Shown piece after piece: positions 23,383 to 36,553 of a stretch of 64,000 bases of DNA. Both the position numbers and the translations under genes were made by a program. How positions within the stretch are numbered: position 1 is the first letter of the stretch; each line of letters starts with the position of its first letter. The DNA is from Hormiphora californensis (Eukaryota > Animalia > Ctenophora), in contig CM035351.1 in the NCBI GenBank assembly GCA_020137815.1, positions 4,650,001 through 4,714,000 of the forward strand. Reading direction: 5' to 3'. The notes under the pieces are model-generated. The model had not been told where the DNA came from. It did no database searches and saw nothing but the letters and a program-made list of their open reading frames with translations.

Positions 23383-24771
23383 GGGTACGCTAACCAAAAA
23401 TTTTTTTCGAGTGCAGGGAAATCTCTCACCGTAGGGTTGTAGGCCATGCCAAGGAGACCTCAAATATGCAATTTGAGCTCTCAAGTCGAATTCATATTTT
23501 TGCTACAGCTGCTTGAAAAATGAACTGAAAATAAGTTTTTGGCATCTTAAAAATACATTTGTAAAGATAGGATCATAAAAATTTGTGGATTTGACGAGGA
23601 CAAAGAGGTGAGTAGCCACAAAATTTTTTTTTGAAATCCGAGCTGATTTTCGGTCCTGAGATGGATTTCTTTTTTTTGACTTTAACGCCATATTTGGCCA
23701 AGTTCCGAAAATATGTGAAAGCTGTAAATTGGTGAAAAGTTGCGTCTAACGAGTATCTAAGTGGCCATAAATTTTGGGCGTGTCCTTATTTGAGATAAGC
23801 TGTACAGAGTTTTTTTGTGAAAGCCGTCATTTCAGAAATAAATAAATTCCCTGTATCTCAAAAACGGCTGATCGTAGAGACCTGAGACTATGCTTAAACG
23901 ATTCAGAAGGTCCGATTTTGGGGGGGTCTTCTGAGAGACATTTTGCTCCTACTTCAACCGTTCTTGCTGTAATTGCGAAAAACAAAAACCCATCTTCGCC
24001 ATCGTGGATTTTTTGAGATTTTGTTTTTGGTGATTATAGGGACCCATATGGACCAAATAGTGAAGGAATTAGCTTGTTACACATTTTTCCATAGTTTCGG
24101 TCCTTTCTTAGCTAAAATTCCCTAATTACAGGATATTGGAGTTTAGCTTTTGCCCTTTTCATAGAATTTGTTTTTCGCAATTACAGCAAAAACGGTTGAA
24201 GTAGGAGCAAAATGTCTCTCAGAAGACCCCCCCAAAATCGGACCTTCTGAATCGTTTAAGCATAGTCGCAGGTCTCTACGATCAGCCGTTTTTGAGATAC
24301 AGGGAATTTATTTATTTCTGAAATGACGGCTTTCACAAAAAAAACTCTGTACATCTTATCTCAAATAAGGACGCGCCCAAAATTTATGGCCATATAGAGA
24401 ATCGTTAGACGCAACTTTTGACCAATTTACAGCTTTCACATATTTTCGGAACTTGGCCAAATATGGCGTTAAAGTAAAAAAAAAGAAATCCATCTCAGGA
24501 CCGGAAATCAGCTCGGATTTCAAAAAAAAATTTTGTGGCTACTCACCTCTTTGTCTTCTTCAAATCCACAAATTTTTATGATCCTATCTTTACAAATGTA
24601 TTTTTAAGATGCCAAAAACTTATTTTCAGTTCATTTTTCAAGCAGCTGTAGCAAAAATATGAATTCGACTTGAGAGCTCAAATTGCATATTTGAGGTCTC
24701 CTTGGCATGGCCTACAACCCTACGGTGAGAGATTTCCCCGCACTCGAAAAAAAATTTTGGTTAGCGTACCC
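23383..24771. mobile_element. Palindromic TTAA-target MITE family C, copy 2 (different subfamily)
   Basis: Same termini and TTAA TSD as 19390-20688; diverged interior; arms nearly identical to each other. Confidence 0.9.
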
Positions 24772-24850
24772 TTAACACAATAAATGTTCCAGTTTCCCTA
24801 ATACAGGACAGATAAAAAGTGACACACACACACACACAACACCTAGTAAA

Positions 24851-26460
24851 CTAAATATCAACGGTAGCCCACCCTGTAATGGGTGCCAAACATCTAGGAC
24901 AATGTTCTGAACTGGTCACACACCCAGAGCACAGGGCAAAGTGTGAACAAGGCATGAGGCAGACTGCTGCCCTATCACACTCCATACACACTCCATGCCT
25001 GTTCATTCGGGTTAGGAGCACCTTGGGGGAGCGCAGGGAGAGTTTGGTTGTGGAATCGGGGAGGAGAGCCGATCTGAAATCACTGTCGTCCCACTGATGA
25101 AACATGTGGTGGATTAAAAGGGGATAATAGCCACGAGGGTGTGTGTGTAATAAAGGGAATAATTCGAGTTATCTATTGGAAAAGGGTTTTAGTAAATAGC
25201 TAACTTCAGTGGTGGATTTCCAATGGGGTTTGATCTATATTATATGTTACACAAGTACCTGTAAAGAGTCAGTATCATCAGCGTGTATCAGGCCAGCCAA
25301 CATTGATTTCCTATTCAGTGATCTAACATGTATTGGTATTCTATAGATATCTACCAGCCATCCAATCCCCAAAAACCTGGTAAACAAGATGTGTATGTTA
25401 GTTGTAGTTGTGTTAAATTAGATGTGTGTTAGCTTTTGTGTTAAATAAGATGTGTTAGTCGTTGTATGCCAAGAGGAAGCAAACATTTAAACTCAATTAC
25501 ATTTCCAGTAAACATACCCAAGTGTAAAGGCGTATGCAACTGCTCGACACCGTTGTTTCAGGTAGAGCCAGTGTGCTCCAAAGAGACCCAAGGGGAACCA
25601 AAGAATAAATGCGTCGCTTAGTAACCATGTGTCTCTTCTAACAACTAACTTGCGCATCCTGACCAGGTCAAACAACCAACCCACACCAAAGTTGCCCAGG
25701 GTGAGAAGGTAAAGAAGGCCCCATTTTGGCCGGGATAGGTAGAAATGGTGGAGTCCCAGGAACCCAAATGGGAAGCAGTAGATATATGCATCCGTGAGTG
25801 TGGTATGAAGGTCCGGTGGTGAGCTTTTGTTACGCTGTAGGGAGAGAATATGGGAGTTATATGCAAACACAATAGGTTCATTCGAAAATAGTTCAAGACA
25901 ATGAGATTACTAGCTCTTACCGTTAGAGACAGGTTGAAACTCTCAGTGAGGAATGGAATTCTGTAAATATCAACCAACCAGCCGACCCCTAATCCGCCCA
26001 GAGTTAGGAGATAATACACACCAGAGGTGTAGCGACGTAACAGGAAATGTTGTATCCCTGTAAATCCTAGGAACACGGTCAATAGCCTCATATCATCATG
26101 TCTATGGATGCCACCTCTGGAAAGAAGGGAGAGATCTTTAGATTGGTTTTGATCTGATTGGATTGTTCGTATACGGTATGGAACTAAACATACATACATA
26201 TCATGAATGGTTGGCAAACAAAATAATATTATTTGAATTGGAATGTGTCCAACTTACAGGCGAGCTAGGGAGTCCGACTGTAAGCTCGAGATTCGCGTGA
26301 GGTCATAAAGCCATCCGAAGCCAAGGAACCCAAAAGTAAAGAGGTACAACACACCAAATAGAGTTCGACCCAGATAAAAGTGGTGGGCACCGCACCAGCC
26401 AAGACTAGCACAAAGCCAGAATGTCGTGTTCAAGTCCTTCGCCCTAAATCCTCCGGGCAT
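24851..26460 (-). CDS. Membrane protein with four TM2 domains and a C-terminal RING finger (5 exons)
   Basis: Four G(A/I/L)(H/Q)(H/W)(F/L)(Y/L)L...TLG..G.GWL.D units; C-terminal VCMECDRAAVCLMPCSHFALCSGC...CPRC. Confidence 0.8.
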
Positions 26461-26690
26461 TTCATAGCTAGCAGAGGGGGTGTTGTGTATTAAATGGAAG
26501 TATGTTTCTGCAGATGAGTTAAACAAATCAGAGAGAGAAAGTAAACAAAAATATATACCTGGTGGATGAGACCTGAGCAAGCATGTAATGAATGAGTTAT
26601 TAGATCACGGATAGCATATTTGTATTTTACATGTCACAATAATACAGAAATCACACGGCTAGACAATAATAATATACAGCAATACGGTAG

Positions 26691-26972
26691 CTACAATGCT
26701 TTCGGTAGAACATTTAAAAACTTCCCCCGGCTCATCTCGTAACGTTCTTGAACCCCTAATTGGTAACTCATTTTTAACAACGTGTCTATTTTTTCTTTCA
26801 GTTGAGCTGATGTCAAACTTGACAGCTCCTGGAGCATTTCAACATTGTCTTTTTCTAGTTCGGCCTCCCAAGCACTGACAGTTGAGTTGTGAAGTGGTAA
26901 AGGAGGTCCCTTTTCGGGCCAGAGTTCGGGCGATGCCCTATCCAGAGATTCAGAGCTATGTAATTTTGACAT
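26691..26972 (-). CDS. LIN52: LIN52, DREAM/MuvB subunit (intronless)
   Basis: ESLDRASPELWPE; YQLGVQERYEMSRGKFLNVL. Confidence 0.9.
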   Translation of the reverse strand: MSKLHSSESLDRASPELWPEKGPPLPLHNSTVSAWEAELEKDNVEMLQELSSLTSAQLKEKIDTLLKMSYQLGVQERYEMSRGKFLNVLPKAL

Positions 26973-27004
26973 AACTAAAAAGCAAACATAATAAAGTCTT
27001 TGCC

Positions 27005-28600
27005 ATTATTATTATTATTATTAAATCTCGTATCAATATAAATTAATACATATCACTTCTTTTTGTAAGTTAATAGGATTAAGCCACTGCAGATACTATA
27101 TATAAAATATAGGCTGTAGATATACTGGGAGATAAACAGAGTATAAATAATGATTAATGATATTAAGTTAATAAGTTAGTTGATTATGATTAATGAATAA
27201 TAAGTTAAAAATAGCGGAATGCACATGCTCAGACACAAACCCACATCCTCCCTGCACACTAACAAACACCCTCAAAAATCACTGAAACACAGATGCCCAA
27301 AAACTTACACTAACATTCCCTCTTGCACTCTCACGCACACACAAACACACACATGCCCACACACACACACACACACGTACACACACAAACATACACAAAC
27401 ACACACACTCCTTGTCAAAAATACAATTACAGAAAGTTACAGATTAAAAGTAAAAAAGATAATTAAAAGTTACAACCCTATTACAAGCCTTCCTATTGGA
27501 TAAAAAGTATAGCTAAGTTAACAGATTGTCCTCTAACGTACAACTCTCTAGTACTTCACTGACCAAGGTTCTAAACTTACGCTTAATGTTAGGATCGATA
27601 GAGAAAATCAGAGGTAATCGGAAATTAAGCTCGTATATAGAAATCGGATTAAGGTCCTGTCTAAGCCTAGAGACTCCCCCTACTGAAATACACTCAAAGA
27701 CTTTGTGGTAAGGTGAGTCGGGCAACAACCCGCACTCCAAGCATGTGGGAACCGTTACCGAGGTGTCGTACTGCAGGTAACTGTATGCAAAATTCTGGAA
27801 TCTGAGGTTATGCCCGTGAATGAAATCGAGGAATGAAGTAGATTCCTCTCTGCTTAGAGACCGGTTCAGCAGGGGAGCAAGTGAAATTGCCTTTGTGTTA
27901 ACAATACACGCCAGTTCCTCATTTGTATGTAGGGGTTCGATAGTAAACTGGTCCACCTTCATCAAAGAACCCATCGAATTTATGACTACAGCATCCCATA
28001 GTTTAAACAAGTAATCATCAATTTCGCCCTTGGTGTAGATGAACTTTTCCGGATCTTTGGCTAATAGGCTGATTCTTCCAATGGAGGCGAGACACTGTGT
28101 TGAGACGCGCACCATTGCGACGCGCATTGCGACGCGCATTTTGGCTTTGCCAAAGCCAAAATGCGCGTCGCAATGCGCGTCGCAATGGTGCACGTCTCAA
28201 CACAGTGTCTCGCCTCCATAGAGTTCCGCCTCCTCGTTGATGTCTGGATAGATCTGAGTCCTGTAGCTGCTGCGTCTGAGTTTTCTTTATTCTCAGTCCA
28301 GTCAAGGAACCGTTTGGTCATGGAGAGGTGGTGTGCAAACTTGTGTAGCGGCTCTGCGTCAATTTGATAGAGTTTCGCACTCATACCGTCCATCGCCTAG
28401 AGTCCTTTTAGAACAAACTTTATTGTCAGAGTTTCTAGAACGACCTCTAGTGGTGGGATCGTCGTCAGCAGGTCTGCAAGTACTTTGGGTACGAAAAATT
28501 GACTCCCCAAGTCAGAGACACATGGTGTATTCTAAAGATGTATTTGTGATAATTTATATGATCCGAGAGCCCAAACTTCAAGCGAAACAAAAAAACGTAC
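27005..28600 (-). mobile_element. 5'-truncated, decayed LINE (3' end of ORF2, 3' UTR and (TAA)n tail)
   Basis: C-terminal CLECGLLPDSPYHKVFEC knuckle; in-frame stop near 28397; attattattatt tail at ~27005-27022. Confidence 0.6.
28081..28219. mobile_element. ~140-bp near-perfect palindromic mini-element inserted in the LINE relic
   Basis: atggaggcgagacactgtgttgagac...gtctcaacacagtgtctcgcctccat, centred on ttttggctttgccaaagccaaaa; no clear TSD. Confidence 0.75.
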
Positions 28601-29251
28601 CCCAACACCGATGACCGATTGGCATCACTTTTTTACAGCCTACTGGCTACTGCCGAGGCCCGAGGAGACACTGCCGAAGAAAGAAAGGGGGCAAACATCT
28701 GTAGAGTTAATCACAATGAGTCTCATACACAATGAGTCTCATACACATTGGGTTCGATCATTTGTGTCTTGTGATTTGCCCCGTCGTTGGGGTAAAATTT
28801 CAAAACGCCACACAAAAAATGAAAAAATGAAGTTTTTTTAAAAACAAAAACATCTGCCAAACGCGCGGCGGCCGCATTTTTCGCATTCTTCGCCGCATTC
28901 TCGCGCGCGCTCGAAAATTCACGATCTTTTTTACATTTCTAACTCTGTTTTTTTTCTCTAAAAACTTAACTTTTCTGTCGTTTTAGTCCTTTTTTTCGAA
29001 TTTTCGTTACGTTCAGAGCCTGTTTTAGGGTGTTTATGGTCTATTTAGGCGTTTGAAAACATATGATGATGTACTGAGGTATTGAGAATTTATAAATCCC
29101 CGAAACTTTGGCCCTGAAACCTCCGTTCTCTCCAATTCTATGATTGCGAATTGGTCAGTGCGCTTCGTTCGTTATTCTCACTGTTCATTATTAACACTAT
29201 TCGTTATTAAAACTGTTCCACTGACGATGTAAATTATTTTAAGCTTCTACG

Positions 29252-29986
29252 ATGTTCCAAAGCAGAGCCGAGTACGACCGAGGAGTCAACGTTTTCTCCC
29301 CAGAAGGTCGAATTTTCCAGGTTGAATATGCCATCGAGGCTATCAAGCTTGGCTCAACTGCCATTGGTGTTCAGACTAAGGAAGGAGTATGTCTGGCAGT
29401 GGAACGACGAATCACCAGCTCCCTTATGATCCCTTCCAGTATTGAGAAAATCGTAGAGGTTGATGAGCATATCGGGTGTGCCATGAGCGGCCTGATTGCA
29501 GATTCCAGGATTCTCATCGATCATGCTCGAGTTGAGGCCCAAAACCACTGGTTCACATTCAATGAGAAGATGTCCGTGGAAAGTGTAACCCAGTCCGTGT
29601 CTAACCTGGCTCTGTCATTCGGTGAGACTGATAGGAACAGCATGTCTCGGCCCTTCGGAGTTGCTATCCTGATGGCGGGTGTAGATGAGAATGGAGAGAG
29701 CGTGCTCCTTCACATGGATCCCAGTGGGACGTACCTCAAATACGGAGCTAAAGCCATCGGTGCTGGATCAGAGGGAGCCCAGGCAACTCTCGAGGAGCAA
29801 TATCACAAGAGCATGACCCTGGACGAGGGGATAAAACTGTGCCTGACAGTTTTGAAGCAGGTGATGGAGGAGAAGATGAGTTCTACTAATATTGAGGTTG
29901 GAGTTTGTAGGAAGAACCAGGAAGATGCGGGGAAATTCCATCTGATGAAGAAGGATCCCATTGATGAGCTAATTAAAACACTCTAA
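29252..29986 (+). CDS. PSMA5: Proteasome subunit alpha type-5 (intronless CDS)
   Basis: [35 protein letters not shown]; MSRPFGVA. Confidence 0.97.
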   Translation: MFQSRAEYDRGVNVFSPEGRIFQVEYAIEAIKLGSTAIGVQTKEGVCLAVERRITSSLMIPSSIEKIVEVDEHIGCAMSGLIADSRILIDHARVEAQNHWFTFNEKMSVESVTQSVSNLALSFGETDRNSMSRPFGVAILMAGVDENGESVLLHMDPSGTYLKYGAKAIGAGSEGAQATLEEQYHKSMTLDEGIKLCLTVLKQVMEEKMSSTNIEVGVCRKNQEDAGKFHLMKKDPIDELIKTL

Positions 29987-30430
29987 AAAGGTGAAAACAC
30001 AAATTAGACGGATTGTGACACTAATTTAGTTTGAATATTCTCTTGCTCTGCTGTTCACAAACACATCACTGGATAATGCTCTAACTCCTAACCTTGTTTT
30101 CAGAATTGGTTGTGTTGACGGTACAGACGCGTGTTTTTTTGTTGGAGGAGAAGGGGATGAAACCCGCTGGAACCGGGACCGTAGAGCGTGTATTTATATT
30201 TCCAAATTTCTTAACTTGTTCTAATTTGTGTTTGTACAAGTCAAGAATTGCTGCTAGTACGGCAGAATTAGAGAGAGAGAGAGAGAAAGAGAAACACACT
30301 CACTGTTTAAGTGAACGTTTATAACTTGTGAAAGATATAATATCGAATTATTGTGTCTAATTTCTAAACCCTGAGCTGTAATACACCAACCCCCATCTTA
30401 CCCACCACATCCCCTCTGTTATAGCCAGCC

Positions 30431-31162
30431 ATGTACGCCATAGCAGCTTCCCTTCTCATCACTATTGGTATCTACATATTTATCGGTATCTACTACCTGG
30501 GAACACACCGATGGCCCTCATCCTATTCCAACAAGAGAGTTTTGTTTATCACCGCCCACCCAGATGACGAGTCCATGTTTTTCGGTCCCACAATCCGCTA
30601 CTTTACCTCCGTAACAGAAGACATCAACAAAGTCTTCCTCTTGTGTCTCTCCAATGGTAACTATGATGGGTTGGGTGAGGCACGGGCAGCAGAACTCAAA
30701 GTGGCTGCCAGGAAACTTGGAATACCAACTGAGAATGTGAGGTGTGTGGACAGGGCAGATCTCCAGGATGGGTCACAGTGGTCTCCCGGAGCAGTGGCTG
30801 AGGAGGTGGAGAAACACGTGAAGGAGGTGAACCCGGAACTGATCATCACGTTTGATGAGGAGGGTGTCAGTGGACATCATAACCATATCTCGGTTAGTCA
30901 GGGGGTGAGGAAGGCTGTGGTTGGGGATCATGTTCTGGTCTACCAGTTGGAGAGTGTACCTCTGTTACGGAAATATTCCTCTTTCCTGGACTGTTTCTGG
31001 AGTAGCACTGGTACTGTGTACAGTATGTGTAGTATAAAGGACTTGATCACGGTTCAGGCAGCGATGAAATGTCACGGTACTCAGCTGACATGGTTTAGAA
31101 AGTTGTATACCATGTTTAGTCGGTATATGGTGGTGAACACACTGCACGGTGTGAGTGCGTGA
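30431..31162 (+). CDS. PIGL: GlcNAc-PI de-N-acetylase (intronless CDS)
   Basis: N-terminal TM; AHPDDESMFFGPTI; TFDEEGVSGHHNH; HGTQLTWFRKLY. Confidence 0.95.
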   Translation: MYAIAASLLITIGIYIFIGIYYLGTHRWPSSYSNKRVLFITAHPDDESMFFGPTIRYFTSVTEDINKVFLLCLSNGNYDGLGEARAAELKVAARKLGIPTENVRCVDRADLQDGSQWSPGAVAEEVEKHVKEVNPELIITFDEEGVSGHHNHISVSQGVRKAVVGDHVLVYQLESVPLLRKYSSFLDCFWSSTGTVYSMCSIKDLITVQAAMKCHGTQLTWFRKLYTMFSRYMVVNTLHGVSA

Positions 31163-31650
31163 TTTGTAATACGTAATAATACGTACATGTATTACGTATT
31201 GTATTGTATTTTTTCCTACTTTTAGACCACGCGGGAGAGTATGACCTAGTGATGTGGACAACTGTGCTCGTAATAAGGGAGGTAGTGAAGGGTGGATTAT
31301 GTTATGTATCTGACTGGTTTCTGTATTATATATGTGAGGTAATCGGCTGCACCCGTACAAAATATCACAACAGTGAGATACAGTGAGATACAGTAGTGAG
31401 ATATAGTGAGATACAGTAGTGAGATATACAGATTACAGCTGATACAATGTGTGGCTTGGCTTCCCTCCAGAATTGTATCTACTTGTGTCCTAATTTGTTG
31501 AGCTATGACGTCACCACGTGACGTCACCACGGTGGGCTTGTGTAGTATGAAGTGGTATATATGTTTGTGTAGGTCAGTGTTGTATAATACAGAGCTCCCT
31601 CCGGTAATCGGATCTAGCGACATTGCTAACCCTATTACACTCAAGCTGCC

Positions 31651-31654
<4 letters not shown>

Positions 31655-31737
<83 letters not shown>

Positions 31738-31745
31738 CTCTCTAT
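31655..31745. repeat. (CT)n microsatellite
   Basis: Read directly. Confidence 0.95.
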
Positions 31746-32703
31746 CTCCCTGCGTTGCGTGTGGGTTTATTGTGTATTTGAACTGTATGCTGGTAATATT
31801 TGAGTTTTGTTTTTTAGACCAACACAGCAGTAATATTGTGGTTGCCTTTTTGTGTGTGTGTGAAGCGTGCCTTTGCTACGCTTGTTGTGTTATTATGGAA
31901 TTGTATAAAAATGCGACATTTTTCCTAGCAATTTATCCTGTTTTTCTTCCGGTCCAACGGCAGTGTTAACGCCCTTCCTCTCTCTCCCCCAGACCACTTT
32001 TTGTCACAACCCCTCTCCTAACGCTACTATCTCTTTCTTGCTTTCCAAGCACTTTGTCTCTTGGAGTACAGGCAGTTCTTCTTAACTGTTCGGGTGTTTG
32101 GCCAAGTGATGACAGTTACTACAAATTCCTCTCCATCTTTAGCTCTCTCTCCCCAGTAGTCTCACCAGTAGTAGTTGATGGCGTTGTATCTTTGCCATGC
32201 GATGCATTCTCTCTCACCCTCCTAGTGTTTGACGTTTGTAGTATACTAGCTGTTGTCAGTTGGTCTTATTTATTGTTTACTATGGTAGTAGAGGACGTGT
32301 TGATCTGGGTTAAAATCCAAAATCAGAACTTTCCAATTTATTGGGGTTATTGCTATGGCCTTCACAAACAAACATCTTACTTCATAAATAAGGAAGAAAT
32401 ATTGTGAATAAAAGTACACAAATCACAATGAGTTCAGAGCTGTGGAACATGATATATTTGAGACAACACCTGGTACATTTTATCATTATCTACTGAGCTC
32501 TTTGGCCTATCTCAGTTCTCGCTATCCATCGGATTCCCTTTACGTTTTAGCCTCTTTTTAAATTGAGCTACATCTGGCTGTGGATAATAATATGAAATTT
32601 TAGACTGCTCTCGTACTCATCATCTCCCATGTCGTGCCTAAGTGTCACTTACTACTAAGAAGTAAGAGTACGCAATTTATACTACGACCTGTCTACCTCT
32701 ACT

Positions 32704-32705
<2 letters not shown>

Positions 32706-32784
<79 letters not shown>

Positions 32785-32788
32785 TCTG
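32706..32788. repeat. (CT)n microsatellite
   Basis: Read directly. Confidence 0.95.
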
Positions 32789-33342
32789 GTGTAGAGCTAC
32801 TAAATATATAATTTGGAAATTAACGCTTTGAACGTGACTTTATTTTCTGCGTTGCCTTCACTGTGTGCGTGTCCCTTTGTATCTCAGCATGTTCCATTTC
32901 GGGATACCGTGAGCACTAAAATAGTTGGGGACAGTTTAATTCCGCATAATTTAGATTTTAACTCTTTGTCCGACATTGAATGTGGAACACAGTTCTCTAT
33001 AGCACATTCCTCTATAAATCTGTGACAATTCTTGTATTCGACTGGGTTTATTGTGTGCAGATCTTGGCAATGTACTAATCGGTACTTCCGGGGTTCTTGA
33101 TGTATTAGTTAGAGGTATTTCTCTACTCTTGGGTACTTGGAACATTAGAAGGAAGTTTACCCAGTTTTGCTCTCGTCTAATTCTTGCTCCAGGTTCTTGT
33201 ATTCAGTTATTCTTGCTAAGTCAGTTTACCGTAAGGAGCCCTGTCCTCTGCTCCTTTTTCTCAACCCCCCCCCCTCGCCCGAGTAATCTCCCCGAATTAA
33301 GACTTGCCTTGTTCACATACTTTCTCTCTCCTTTTGTAGGGG

Positions 33343-36246
33343 ATGGATTATTTTCAGAATGACGATATTTTCTCGGGTCTCTCGAAAGAAGAAATCGAAC
33401 AATTAAACTCAGAATTATGTGTAAGTTGAACTCCGTTCCTAAATAGTGATCTGGAAAACAAGTAAACAACCAATCAGAACACGTTATTTAGGTCACGTGA
33501 CTGGTTATCAGCCAATCAGGGACCAGTATTTCCTGATTCGGTCGGTTCCTGCTAGATAGTGATTTGGAATCCTCCCTCTCACTTCCAGGAATTCATACAA
33601 AAACGATTCTTTCTCTCTCAAGTCTCAAGTCCCTGCTATATTATCAATATTGTACAATCTACCCAGGACGATTTGTTACCCGCCGCTGACCGAGTGAAAT
33701 ATCACATCGACAAGAAAGGACAGAATACTATTGATAAAGCAGCCCTGTCTAAATGGATGGAAGAGGCTGCTATTGCATCTCAAATCGGCCAGGATTATGT
33801 GCCGTATGTCAAGGAAACGAGAGGTAAACTACAGTATTTGTTGGGATGCAACCACAGAGTCTATCCTGTTCTCCGAAAATAATTTATGAGGTAGCCTAGG
33901 CCCCCCCCCTACTTAGAGATTCAGTCGCACCCCCCCCCCCTTCTCAAATCTCAAATCTCATATTCTAGGATCTAAGTTCGTGAAGGCTGACGAGAAGAAA
34001 GAGAAGACGATCTATGATGATGAATTTGAGAAGCTTCTAATGGAGGCAGAGAAACAGGGTGGTGCCTCTGTCGATGATGAGGATATTGATGCTCTGGCTG
34101 AGATTCTGGGAGCTAGCAGTCTACTCGGTTCAGTCGATATTTCATCTTGTTCCCGACCTGGAAAGGAAACCGGTCTGAAGAGTCCCATTGCTGATGCACG
34201 AGGTTTGTGTTTCTTTTCTTTTGACCTTTTCGTGTCAACTATTTCTCTCACTCTCTCTGTGCTCCCGTAGTCTTGTGATGGGCTTGCTCAGATCTATCTC
34301 TTTTCTCTCTCTCTGGTTTGTGTTGTGTGAGTGATGGGGTGTTGTACCTCGAAAAACAAGATACCTCCTGCTAATGATGAGGGAGATGAACACCCTGCAC
34401 CCTCTCGTGACCCCTCGTTTCGTGGAGCGGTGGTTAGGGCAGAGTCACTGAAAAGGACTACACCAAAGGAACCTCGGGAAAAGGATAAAACTATCAGGGA
34501 TCAACCCCGCCGTAAAGGGAAATCTCGAACCAAAAAGACCCCAACTCAGACTTTTGTAACAAGGACTCCTGTTCCTAGGAATACTCCATCACCTCCTAAA
34601 ATTTGTACAAAAAGGACCTCATCACCTGCAAAAAGAACCCCATCACCCCCTCTAAGAGAGTCATCTCTAAAAAGGGTGTCGTCTCTAAAAAGGGTCTCAT
34701 CATTGAGGGACGCCCAGGCGATCACGACACAGAGAGGATTGTTTACAAATGCCCGGGAAGGGAGTCCTGTGGTAAATGAGTTAGAGGACAGGCCTCATGA
34801 GATTATCAAGGGTAAGGGAGAGAGTGAGAGAGAGGGAGATAGAGATGTCTGTAGAGAGAGGGAGGGGAGATAGCTAGAGATAGAGAGGGAGTAAAAAGAG
34901 GGAGATAGCTAGAGAGAGGGAGAGATATAAAAGGGATGGTGAGAGATATTAAAGGGAGAGAGGGAGGAAGGAAGAGATTAGAGAAACAGTTAGGGAGAGA
35001 GATAGAGAAGACATAGTTGGGAGGGAGATAAAGAGAGTCCCAGCTGGCGTGAGGGCTTCATTTCTTTGTTAGCATGGCATCCAACGTTGTTTATGGTCAG
35101 TATGAGAGTGTGTCCGTTCGTTTTTAATAACAGCTCTCTGCCCTGCCCCTTTTATAAGTAGAAGAAGTGCAAGCTGTAGTTGTAGCTTTATTTTATCTCT
35201 CACTTATTTCACTGTCGAGTCTCGTCTGTGTAATTCTTTGTTCTCTCTCGACTCTCGCTAACCCTCATCCCCCATTTTTCAGCCGAGAAGGTCCAAGCAG
35301 AGGTCGATATGACTGAGACTAATGATATTGAGATAGAAGAGGCCCTGGGACAGATCAAGAATAACGATTCATCCCTGGCAACATGCTGTTTCAATAATGT
35401 CGTAAGTTTTGGCAATCAAATATCAACCAATTTTGGAGGGTTAACTTCATACTTTTCGATATTAGGGACTAACAGAAATATGATCTGTTTTGACCACCAA
35501 ATCCTTCTTTTCCAGCAAATGGACGCTGAGACGGTGGACAGCGTTACAAGTGCGATGGTTCGAAACACATCAGTTACAAAACTAGAGATGTGCAACTGTG
35601 GTGTCACAGACTCTGCCATTGATGTAGGTAGAGGGAAGGCGCGGGGCTACAATCCCACAAAAAGTGCGCGCAGTTCGGCAAACCTTTACAGTCACCCACT
35701 TCAATTCTGTCCTACACACAGGGGTGCGAATACAATATTGTACATGCATCTGTACATTAAATACATTTCCCGACAGGGTTTTATTACTCTCCTCCAATCG
35801 AATACGACACTCCAAAGTTTGTCCTTGGAGACCAACAAGATTGCTGGGAAATTCCTGGTTAAACTGATCCAATCCCTGGATACAAACGAAACTCTGAAGG
35901 AACTCAGGATAGCTAACCAGGTTTGCGGGAATTTTGATTTTATTGTTTTCCCCTCCCCATCCTAAAACCCGTCGCTCTATGTGGGAGGTTATGTGTGCGT
36001 GTGATGTTGTGTGAGAGAAGTATGCTGCCCGAAAATATATCCCCTAACCCCAATGACCAGAAATGTCTTCAGTATTATTCTACTGGTGTGGGGGATGAGA
36101 TGGCGATTGCTAAGGCCCTGGAAAAGAATACATCACTGTGCAAGTTCAGTCTTAACTGGAAGAATGGGGGATCTCGGAACACGGCTGATAGGTTTATCAT
36201 GAGGAATAATGATATTGCGAGGAAGAAGCGACAAGGCCTCGCCTGA
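33343..36246 (+). CDS. TMOD: Tropomodulin; exons ~33343-33420, 33667-33823, 33969-34202, 35283-35402, 35516-35625, 35776-35920, 36072-36246
   Basis: MDYFQNDDIFSGLSKEEIEQL; LLPAADR; DYVPY; LAEILG; LRR cap LSLETNKI, LKELRIANQ, EMAIAKALEKN, IMRNNDIARKKR. Confidence 0.88.
33452..33551. mobile_element. Short hAT MITE family E copy with a degenerate left end
   Basis: aagtaaacaaccaatcagaac.cgttatttaggtcacgtgactgg...gattcggtcggttcctg, as at 63124-63232. Confidence 0.85.
34334..34811 (+). CDS. Putative alternative first exon of tropomodulin beginning MGCCTSK
   Basis: Myristoylation/palmitoylation-type start; donor AAG G|GTAAG at 34811/34812 is in phase with the exon at 35283. Confidence 0.6.
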
Positions 36247-36553
36247 GGAGAGACAAAGGACAGGAGAGAGAATGTGTTATGACGATTAGTAATGAAAGAC
36301 AGTTTTACGGAAAATCATTTATCTTGAGTTTGTATAAAATGTGTAAAATAATATTCTAAATTTTAATTCTGGTTTGACAACGATTTATACACGGTTTATT
36401 TATATCGCATTCACCCCGTACTTATACGCCAAAATCAGCTGTTTAAATTGACTCCACAACTCCATCGACTACCCAACACCCTACCCCTCCCTCACATCTC
36501 CAATATACCCTACCCCTCTCTCACATCCCCAGTATTCCCCTCAGTTTGTAGAC

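Noticed and set aside
32040-33270. Coding-like minus-strand stretches upstream of tropomodulin
   Set aside because: Interrupted by stops and no homology recognised.
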